A stretch of 24,337 nt of DNA from Prasinococcaceae sp. CCMP 1430 (taxonomy: Eukaryota > Plantae > Prasinodermophyta): NCBI GenBank assembly GCA_013416795.1, contig RQSC01001079.1, positions 274,189 to 298,525 of the forward strand, in the 5' to 3' direction. Below, one piece after another: positions 9,342 through 18,760 of this stretch. Numbering within the stretch: the first letter of the stretch is position 1; each line of letters begins with the position of its first letter. A program made the translations under genes and the position numbers. The notes under the pieces are model-generated. The model had not been told where the DNA came from, made no database searches, and was given only the letters and a program-made list of their open reading frames with translations.

Positions 9342-9375
<34 letters not shown>
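9342..9375 (+). repeat. G homopolymer (34 nt)
   Basis: Uninterrupted G run between divergent TBCE and CYC1. Confidence 0.9.
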
Positions 9376-10133
9376 CGCAAGGGACGGGCGAGCGCGCGCT
9401 CGCCGCGCCGCGCGCTCGCGCTCTGGTCGTCGCCGCGAGCCGGCGGTCTCTGCCCGGCTGGCGCTGTCTGTCACCTCTCCTCGCGCGACGAGCGAGACGG
9501 CGACGCCTCCTCGTCCGACCGACCGATGGATTGGTGTGACCAGGAGTTGGTACCGGTGTTGGGGGGACGCGCGGGGGCACCGAGCGCGCGCGCGCGCGCT
9601 CGTACCCTGACGCGGACCCGCGAAGGCGAAGCCGCGCCGCGCTGTCTGTTGACTGATCGCCGCCTCGTTCTTCCTCCGTATGGTACCACTGCAGCACTCC
9701 CGCACGCATTCCGAAAATTGAAAAAAAAATCACCCGCTGCCGGTGCTGCGCGCGCGCGCTCCCGTCGGATTTGAGGTTCGGCGGCGGGTGCGCTTTGATG
9801 GGGCAGCGGGCGCCCTGCGGCGGCGCGCGCCGCGATGCGGCCGTCCTTTTTTTTTTCCCCACGCTCGCGAACCCTCCCCACCGGCATTTCACGGAGTGCA
9901 AAGCTGTGCGCCACCGCCGTGTCGGCTTGCGCTTCCGCATGGAGGATCGCGGAGCCGATGCGCGGAAGCTGCGCGTGGCCGCCGTTTTTTTTTGTACTGG
10001 AGGAAAAGGAATTGTCATTATTAGGGCAATCACGCGCGCGGTGCCTGGTGCGGGCAGAGCGCGCGCCGGGAGCGGCCCACGCGTGCCCCCCGCCCCCTCC
10101 CACCGGGCTCCGGCCCGGCCCAGCTCGACCGCC

Positions 10134-11603
10134 ATGCTGCGCACCGCAGCAGCGTCGCTGCTGCGTGCCGCCGCCACGGCGGCGCGCCCTGCGCCCGCGC
10201 CCGCGCCGACCGCCGCGCAGGCCGCCGCGGCCGCGAAGGAGTCTGCTGCGTTCGCGACGGCGAAGGTCGCCGGCTGCCTCGGCGCGGCGGCCGCTGCGCT
10301 CGCCGCGACGTCGACGACGGTCGTCCTCGCAGACGAGGCCGAGCACGGCCTGCCGTCGCCGCCGTACCCGTGGCCGCACAACGGCCTGTTCTCCAGCTAC
10401 GATCACGCGTCGATCCGCCGTGGGCACATGGTGTATCAGCAGGTGCGTGCCGCTTCGATGCGGTGCTGCGGGAGTGCAGAGTTTTTCGCGGGAGGGATGC
10501 CGCGGGTGGCAGCTGCGGCCGCGCGCACTTCCCGCGACCACGAGCGCCGTACGCGTCACCCCCCTGCACCTCAAACCCCGAACTCGATCCCCCTCCGTAT
10601 GCGCAGGTGTCGCGCCCTCGCCACGGTCAGCCCCCCCCCCCCGCCCCCCCGCCCCCCCGAGCTGCGCTGTCATCTGACGCAGACGCATGCGTGCTCGAAA
10701 CGGCTTTTTTGTTGTTTTTATTTGGCTGCCGCCCCCTCTGTTGTCGCATATACCGCGCAAAAGGTGTGCGCCGCCTGCCATTCGCTGCAGGCGATCGCGT
10801 ACCGCAACCTCGTGGGCGAGATTTACACCGAGGAGGAGGCCAAGATGATGGCCGAGCAGATTGAGGTCACCGACGGCCCGAACGACCAGGGCGAAATGTT
10901 CGAGCGGCCAGGCAAGCTCTCCGACTACTTCCCGTCGCCGTACGCAAACGAGCAGGCTGCGCGCTTCGCGAACGGGGGTGCGTACCCTCCCGACCTGTCG
11001 CTCATCACTAAGGTACGTGAGCGCGCGAGCGGCGCCGGTGGGCGCCGCCAGCACGGCGCTCATCGCGCTTGCCACACGTGCAGCGTGCTGGGGCGTGGCA
11101 GGCGGTCTGAAAAGGCCAAACCCTAAAAGCGCTCGGCGCAGGCGCATCTGCGATAAGTTGCACGCTGACGCGATTGCGCTCTGCGTGGGCAATTCCACTT
11201 CGCGCTGGCCCGCGGTGCTCGTCCCCGCTAGGCCCGCCACAACGGTCAGAACTACGTGTTCGCGCTGCTCACCGGGTACCGTGACCCGCCGGCCGGCGTG
11301 TCGGTTCGCGAGGGCCTTCACTACAACCCGTACTTCCCGGGCGGCGCTATTGCGATGCCGAAGATGCTCGCCGACGGTGGCGTCGAGTACGAGGATGGCA
11401 CGCCCGCGACTGAGGCGCAGATGGCGAAGGACGTTACCGCATTCCTCGCATGGGCTGCGGAGCCCGAGCACGATGCGCGCAAGCTGGGCGGCGCGAAGTG
11501 GATCTTCGGCCTGGGGATTGCGCTGGCTACCGCGGTGTACTACAAGCGCTGGAAGTGGTCGTCGCTCAAGTCGCGCAAGCTCGTGGTGGACGTGGTGAAC
11601 TGA
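10134..11603 (+). CDS. CYC1: Mitochondrial cytochrome c1 heme protein, 309 aa, 3 exons
   Basis: Exons 10134-10442, 10764-11012 and 11232-11603 with GT-AG phase-0 introns. Ala/Arg presequence, [21 protein letters not shown]|VCAACHS (CxxCH), [14 protein letters not shown]|[18 protein letters not shown] and a C-terminal TM. Confidence 0.97.
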
Positions 11604-11849
11604 GCGCAACCAGTCGCCCCTCGACATTTTTGCGCGGCTGGCCGGGGCAGCGCAGGATGCGACGTAGGTAATCCGCTGCGCGCACGCACGCGCGCACACT
11701 CGCGCGCGCACACTCGCAGGGCGCCCCCACCGCCGAGGGACGCGTTTGTGAATTTTTTTGGGTGGTATTTGATGTACGTGTACATGCGCAGCACACGCGC
11801 GCCTCTTCCACGATACTGCGCTGTGCGGATGTTCGCCCTCCCTCCTCAC

Positions 11850-13006
11850 TTACTTGATCATGGAGACCAGCCACTCGAGCCCCTCCGTGAGCCCGTCCCC
11901 TGTGCGCGCCGAGCACGCGACGATTTGCCATTGCCGGTCGCGAATCTGCACCAGATTGAGCATCTGCGCAACCTCGGCGGGCGTCAGCGCGTGGAGAAGG
12001 TCCTGCTTGTTGGCGTAGATTAGGAGCTATTGGATAGGCGGACGTGCGTGCGCGCCGGCGTGGGGAGAGTCCGTGCCACGCGTGCACCAGTGCTGGTCAG
12101 CTCACTGCCGACCCCGGGAGGCGCACATGAGCGCGCACGCCCTGGCGCGCGTTTGACGTGCGCCGGCGAACGCGCATGCTACCTGCCAGCGCGCACGTCC
12201 GCGCAAGCGCAAGTCCGTCGCACCGCCGCCCACACGAATGCGCGCGCACACATCCGCGTGCACGCGCCACACTCACCGGCACCCCGGCGAGCTTCTCCTT
12301 CTCGAGTAGCTCCCCCAACTCGAAGCCCGTCTCCTCCATGCGCTTCTGGTCGGTCGAATCGATCACATACACCAACGCATCCGTAGACTCGAAGTAGTTG
12401 TTCCAGTAAGGCCTGCACGCCATAGCGAGTGCGCGCGCGAGCGCGCGCGATGCGCACGCGTACGGGAGTAGGGCGTGCGAGAGGCATGCGCTCACTCTGT
12501 CAATGCCAGCGCACCATTGCCGCACTGCCGCACGCAAAAGCGCCGCCCTCGCCATGCTTTACCAAGCGCGCGCGCGCCCTCGCCTGCCGCCTCTCTTACC
12601 TGATGGCCTTCTGTCCGCCAATGTCCCACACGTTCAGCTTGAAGTTTGCGTGCGAGAGCGACTTGACGTTGAAACCCTGCGTGGGGGTGATGGTGGTGAT
12701 GTCCTCCTCGCTTAGCTTGGTCAGGATGGTGGTCTTGCCGGCGTTGTCCAGGCCCAGCACCAAAATGCGAGCCTCGCCCTGCTGCGGCTTGCGCAGTCTA
12801 CGCAGCAGTGACAGCAGGCCAGGCTGCAGTCGCGCGTACCGGCGCGCACAGAGGGGAGAGGCCAGGGGGTGGGGAGGGCGCAGCGCACGCACGCACGCAC
12901 ACGCACACGCAACGCAGGGGGTAGTCCGGTTCCCCGAAACGTGTCAGCGGTCGCCGCCGCGGGGCGCGCAGCCGCAGCGGCAAGCACTCTCTCGCGCGCG
13001 CACCAT
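11850..13006 (-). CDS. ARL3: ADP-ribosylation factor-like GTPase 3, 179 aa, 4 coding exons
   Basis: Exons 13006-13004 (ATG only), 12823-12600, 12412-12277 and 12026-11850 (540 nt). Motifs [36 protein letters not shown] and CSA. TPTQGFN and WDIGGQ favour ARL3 over ARL2. Confidence 0.92.
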
Positions 13007-13636
13007 GGCGACGAGGTCGGCCTGAGCGGTGGTGGGGTAGGGGGGGAAGAGGGCGCCGCTCGCGCGCTTTGTGCCTACCGTGCCCCGCGCGCGAGAGCAC
13101 CCGTGCGCTGCGCGCCCCGCTTCCGCTTCCGGCCCTCGGCTGTCGCTCGCGCGAGCATGAGGCGCAGCACGCTCACAGGCTCGGGCAGGCAAGGCCGGCC
13201 GCGGCCCCCCGGCGCCGGTACACAGCAAACTCTCCCGTGTCCTCATCATATCACAATACCAATGTTGAAACTGACGAATGCATTCCGACGTGCGCACTGC
13301 GCCGCGGATAGATAGGGTTTTTCCCCACTTGCGCCGGCTGGGCGGTGCATGCCGCTGTGCGGGCGGCACACCGCACACGCGCCCTCGCGCGGCTGAGGCG
13401 AGGCTGGTGCAGCGAGGGCGAAGCGCGGAGGAGCAGGGGAGAGAGGAGGCCTCTGCTGCGAGGGAATTGGCCGGAAGGGCGCGCGGGCGCGCGCGGGCGG
13501 CGCGGCGGCGGTGCTGTGCAGCGAATCGCCGAGGCAGCCCGGCGGGGGCGCGGCTACGTGCTGTGGGCAAGCGAGGGCAGAGGCGGGCTAGAAGGACAGG
13601 CGTGGGCGAGGCAGCGGGGCAATCGCGCGAAGCACG

Positions 13637-14107
13637 ATGTCAAACACCGCGCAGGTTGCCGATGCTGCGCCTTCGGACCAGCAACAGCAGGCGCCTGTCG
13701 AGGTGCCCACGGTCTCTTGCTTTGAGTTTGGGTAAGTGGGGCTTGCGATCGCGGTCGCGTGCGCGCTTGCACGCCCGCTCTATCGGCAAAGCCGCGCCGC
13801 AACGGGCGCCGAGACGAAGCAGCCCAACGCTGGCGTTGCCCAACCACGCCATCTCGTGGTCGTTTGGCTCTGAATCGTGTGCGTACTTGCTTGCACTGAC
13901 GCACCGCATGCTTGCGTCACAATGCGCGTGCGCTCCTCACCTGTCGCTTGCCTATGCCGCGCGCCCCCCAGGACTGCACCCAAGAGCGGCAACATCTTGC
14001 AAGGCTTTTGCCCGACAGGCAAGGGCCTGCAAGCGTGCGAGTGGTCACCGCAACACGTGGAGAACGTGACCAAGAAAACGGCCAAGTTCTCTGTCCTCTT
14101 TAACTGA
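13637..14107 (+). CDS. Uncharacterised 76-aa microprotein, 2 exons
   Basis: Exon 13637-13731, intron 13732-13971 (GG|GTAAGT, CTCAC branch 13936-13940, CCCCAG|), exon 13972-14107. The phase-2 join restores one frame: MSNTAQVADAAPSDQQQQAPVEVPTVSCFEFGTAPKSGNILQGFCPTGKGLQACEWSPQHVENVTKKTAKFSVLFN. Confidence 0.75.
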
Positions 14108-14273
14108 GACACCTCTGCCGGCGGTATCGCCCGACATTGTGCCCGCACGTGCCGTGCCCAGTTTGCAGCTCGCAGCATCGCGCCGTCCCCGCGGCGCCGC
14201 GCGGAGGGGCGCTGGCTGCGCTCGTTGGTGTACAAAGCCAACGAAGTGGCGGGTCTTTACGCCACAATCACAG

Positions 14274-15885
14274 CTAGAACGTCCCCATTGGAGCGTCGGC
14301 ACCGGCGACAGTGTCCTCCCAGCGCGTTGGCTTTTGGCGCTCGAGAGTCTTGGCCACGAAACTCGGGTCACACACAAGCGCGGCGTCAGTTGCGCGGAGC
14401 CGCTCGCCGAGGCGGATGCTCGCTTGAACGCGCTGAGCGAGCGCCTGCGCACTCGCGCTCGTGTCATACTGATCAGGGTCCTCCTCGAAGCTCACCTGCG
14501 TGGGCAAGAGGGACGCGAACCAGTCAGACACCACCAACAGCCCTGCATGCTGCACGCGCGCAGCCACGCGCGAGATCCAAGCGCCCGCGGCACTCAGCAC
14601 GCATCAAACGCACCATGCCACAGCTCTGATCGACGGTGGCAAAAATCTCCCGCTGCTCGACCATGCGCACGAGCCTGGCCTCGGCATCGGCCGCACCGGG
14701 CAGGCCGACGTGGGACGCGATGTCCTCAAGCGAGAGCGTAAGATACGTCTTTGTCAGCCTTTGAATGTTGCGCCGGAAGAGAGACTCGACCACCTGCTGC
14801 GCGAGGCCCCAGTTGCCGTCCGCCTCAAGCACGGCCTTCTTCGCCTCCACCTTTCCGCAGAGCATTTGCGACTTCCCCGTCTCAAAGGCGGCCGCGATGT
14901 CGGCGTAATCCTGACAAGCCATCTTGACGTGCCGCTGCAGGGCGTTGTGCGTGTGCTTGGGTAGCAAGCCAGCCTTGCCGTGAACGATGAGCCCTACGAG
15001 ACGCATCTTCTTGTAGGCGGCGACCATGATGGCGGAGGGCGCGTGCGCCGGTGCTGTGACCGCAGCGAGCAGCAGCTCGTGCGCATCAGCGAAGCGCTGC
15101 AGGCCCACCAGCGCGCAGCCGCCGTAGTAGCAGTACAGGAGGAAGTCTTTCGCGGTCAGACCCGTGCCCTTTGGGTCCACGTCGTGCACGTCCTCAGCGA
15201 GGGCGTCGGACGCGGCGGCGTAGCACTTGGCGGCGAGCGCAGCCTGCAGCAGAAAAGCGTGCTGCGGTGTGAGCGTCGCCGGCGCAGGCCTCGCCTTTTC
15301 GACCGCCGAGCGCAGCGGCTGCACTGCGCGCAGCGGCTGCCCAGACGCCACTGCAAGCGTCACGTAGCGCTCGCACAGCGTTGCGAACGTGCCTGGCGCA
15401 AGCTGCACCTGCTCGGCAGAGCAGTTGGTTAGGAAGTGCGAGCACCGCGACATGAAGCTCTCGGCCGCTGCCGGGTCCATCCCGCCGCCCGCAACCCCAC
15501 CGTCCGCTCCCGCGCGCGCAACGGCCGCATCGGGCGCCCCCCCCGACGCTTGGACGGGTAAGTCTTCGACGAGCGCGTCCTCCCCCTCTCCGTCGTCTGC
15601 GGCGCCCCCCGGCGCGGCACCCATCGCCGCCGCGTCCGTTTGCGACCGAGGCGCGCTCGCCCCCGCAGGCGCGCCGCAAAGCGCGTCTCCCTGCGCCACG
15701 AGCAGGTAGAGCCAGCCCAAAGAGTGCCGCACGGGATCGATCTGCCCCATGACCGTCTCCAGCCCCCCCGCCGCCGCGCTCTCCGCGAGCATGCCCACCG
15801 AGCGCGTGAGCATCGCCGCAAGCTTCCGTGGCTGGGACTCGGTGAGCGCCTGCACGCTCCCCGCGAACACCGCGAGGCTCTCCAT
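14274..15885 (-). CDS. CSN3: COP9 signalosome subunit 3 (PCI domain), 2 exons
   Basis: Exons 15885-14614 and 14495-14274, intron 14613-14496 (GTGCGT...ACGCAG). Motifs HSLGWLYLL, LTPQH, DFLLYCYYGG, SAIMVAAYKK, DGNWGL, RRNIQRLTKTYLTLSLEDIA and GM|VSFEEDP. Confidence 0.95.
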
Positions 15886-16138
15886 CGCGCCGGCCGCACG
15901 CGCCCGAGCGGGCGCAAAGGGGGCGGGGGGCGGGGGGGGACGTGGGCTATCCCAGCGGATGGCCACCCCTCCCGCCGGCGCGCGTGCGCGGCCGCAAGCG
16001 GGCCGCGCGCGCCGCCGCCGCTGTCGCGCCGGGCGGCCCGCCGAAAAATTCTTCCATCAAACGCTGGGTCGAACGGCGGCGCGCTCGAGGAAGCACGGTG
16101 ATGATTTCGTTCGCCCGACCGAAAATGTGACCTGAAAA

Positions 16139-16195
16139 CGGCGACGCGAGGCCGACCGGCGACGCGAGGCGCTCGCCGGCGGGGCGCTCGCCGGC
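16139..16195. repeat. Two short direct repeats in the CSN3/SAR1 divergent interval
   Basis: CGGCGACGCGAGGC at 16139-16152 and 16157-16170; GCGCTCGCCGGC at 16169-16180 and 16184-16195. Confidence 0.7.
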
Positions 16196-17345
16196 CGGAG
16201 CCGCCGCAGCCTGCCGATCAGGAACCCGCCCGATCAGCCGCACACGCGCGCGCGCCCCGCGCCCGCGCTTCCGCCGTTTCCATCCCCGCGCGTTGCGAAG
16301 ACGCCACATCATAATGAAAGTAAACGAACTGGGCGGATGAGTCCATTTCGTAGGCGCATGCAGAGCTTTACGGAGGCGCGCGCTCGCGACCCTCATCCGC
16401 GAAAACCGAAGGCGTTGATTCGACGGCGGCGCGCGCGCGGCCGGCGCCCGCGGTGAATTTCAATTTGCTTTCCCGTTGGTTTTCCTCCCGCCGCGCCGGT
16501 GCGTTTCGAGCTGGGAACTCGGCGCCCCGCCCGCCCGCGCGGGCGAGACCCAAACCCCACGCGCCAAACGCCGTTCGCATCCGATCTCTCATAAGACTCC
16601 TAACCCTGTTTCCTTCCGACCCCAACCAGAGCGCGAGGGGCGGCGTCAGCCGTCAGCCCGCCCGCGCAGCCGGCGCCCCGCCGAGCCCGCGGCGCACGCA
16701 GACACGCGGGCAGAGAGAAGATCTTCTGGCCGATGCGTCCGAGGCCTCCACCTCCGCAGGCTGGAGCCAGACTGCTGTCAGTCAGCGTCAGCGCCACTGC
16801 ATGTTGGTGTTGGGTCCCCTTGGGTGGTTGGAAGGCAGGGAAAAAAAAAAAACGCAAAGGCCAAGGCGGCCGGCGCCGCAGGCAGGGGGGGGGATCCCAT
16901 CCGGGTTCGATTGCCGTCCGCGCGCGGGCGAGCGCGCGCGCGCGCGCGACCCCCGGATTCGATGGCGGGCTCGTTCGTTCGTCCGTTCGTCGCTGGCGCT
17001 TCTGTCGGTCGGTCGGTCGGCGCGCTTTCGCGCGCGCCGCTGGTATCGCGCTAGGGTTTGGGGATGCGATGCGGCGGGGCGCGGGCGAGGGGCGCGCGCG
17101 GAAGAGCGGGTGCGAGCCCCTGCTGTGCATGGTGTTGGCCTGCCGGCCGGCTGGCTGGCTGGCTGGCTCGTGTGCGCGGCACAGGCACGCGTGCGGCGGA
17201 GTGAGTGGGAGGCGGCCGGCCGGCGCTGCCGCGGCCTCGACGCGGCCTCGGCCATCTGGATGACCGGCCCGATCGCGAGGTCGGCGGCGGCGGAACGCAC
17301 CGAGCGCAGGGCGAGGGGTGGCCCCCCGGCCCCCGGCCAGCAGCC

Positions 17346-18516
17346 ATGTTCGTCATGGACTGGTTCTACAACGTGCTGGCGTCGCTCGGGCTGTGGCACA
17401 AGGACGCCAAGATCCTCTTCCTTGGGCTCGACAACGCAGGCAAGACGACGCTGCTCCACATGCTCAAGGTGCGCGGAAGGCGCAGGCGCGCGAGTGGGGC
17501 GGGGGGGGGGGGGCGGGGCGCATGGTATGGGTGGAATTGGGGCGGCTGGAGAGCATCAGGGATAAGAGCCATGCACGTGGCTGTCGCGTGCTCGAGGGAC
17601 TGCGGCGCGGCGGCGATGCGGATGCCCTGCGCCGGCGCTGCAACAACCCATGTGGCCGCCGTCGATCAGGCTGGGTGGTTAGGGTGCAACACCCTCCCCG
17701 CTGGCACCGGCGCGCCCGCGCAGATGCGCGGACCGCGTGTAGACTCGGGCCACAGCGCTGCCGAATCGCGCACTGGCCATGTGTGCCGCCCCCGCGCGGA
17801 GTGGGGCTGGGCAAGGCGGGTGCCAAGCACCGCGCGCGCCTGGCCGCGGGAGACGCGAGCTGGCGCTCTCGAATTCGGAACCAACCTTGGACGCCGCGCC
17901 TGCGTGAGCTGAGCTGGGGATGGGCCGCGCGAACGCACAGCGCACGCGACGAGCGCGCCGCGACGCCGGTGATTGCGAGCGATTCGCCTGCATCGAGCAA
18001 GTGCTGACCATGGCGCGCGCGACTGGCGCCTTTGTGCGCACACTTGGTGCCCTGTAGGATGAGCGCCTAGCGCAGCACCAGCCCACGCAGTACCCCACCA
18101 GCGAGGAGCTACAGATTGGCAAGATCCGCTTCAAGGCCTTCGACCTCGGCGGGCACCAGATCGCGCGGCGTGTGTGGAAGGAGTATTATGCCAAGGTGGA
18201 CGGCATTGTGTACCTGGTGGACGCGCTCGATAGGGAGCGCTTCCCGGAGTCTAAGATGGAGCTGGACTCGCTGCTGTCGGACGAGGGCCTTGCCAAGGTG
18301 CCCGTGCTGGTGCTGGGCAACAAGATCGACATCCCGCAGGCGGCGGGCGAGGACGAGCTGCGCCACGCGCTTGGCCTCACCAACTACACCACCGGCAAGG
18401 GCAGCGTCAACCTGAAGGATACCAACATGCGGCCGATCGAGGTGTTCATGTGCAGTGTGGTGAAGCGGATGGGCTATGGCGAGGGCATCAAGTGGATGTC
18501 GCAGTACATTGACTAG
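17346..18516 (+). CDS. SAR1: COPII small GTPase SAR1, 193 aa, 2 coding exons
   Basis: Exons 17346-17468 and 18058-18516, intron 17469-18057 (GTGCGC...CTGAC...TGTAG). [31 protein letters not shown]|[29 protein letters not shown] and [16 protein letters not shown]. Confidence 0.98.
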
Positions 18517-18760
18517 GAGCGCTCCTGGGCGTCTGCACCAGCCGACAGATGTGACGCGCCCGCGGCACACAGGCTCGCGCGCCGGGGCCGCTGCGGGTCC
18601 GCCGGCCTCCGTGCGCGCTGACGTCGCTGCGCGCTTGTTGCACTGCTGTAGCACGTCGCCGATTTGTCGTTAAAGGTCTGCCCACGCGCAGCGCGTCGCA
18701 CCGCTCGCGCCCGCGGCTCGCACGGCTAATTCTACAGCACTGATACGTGCGCTGCGCTCT

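Noticed and set aside
16099-16135. GTGATGA...CTGA box C/D-like pair
   Set aside because: Only about 37 nt, too short for a snoRNA, with no terminal stem or recognisable guide.
16329-16352. CGGATGAGTCC...TTTCG resembling a hammerhead core
   Set aside because: Lacks CTGATGA and a correctly oriented GAAA.
16901-16917. CCGGGTTCGATTGCCGT resembling a tRNA T-arm/B-box
   Set aside because: The stem is mismatched, and no D-arm, anticodon arm or acceptor stem can be formed.
7603-18516. TBCE, ARL3 and SAR1 as a functional cluster or GTPase duplication
   Set aside because: TBCE works with ARL2/TBCD rather than ARL3, and ARL3 and SAR1 are ancient distinct subfamilies; proximity is plausibly chance.
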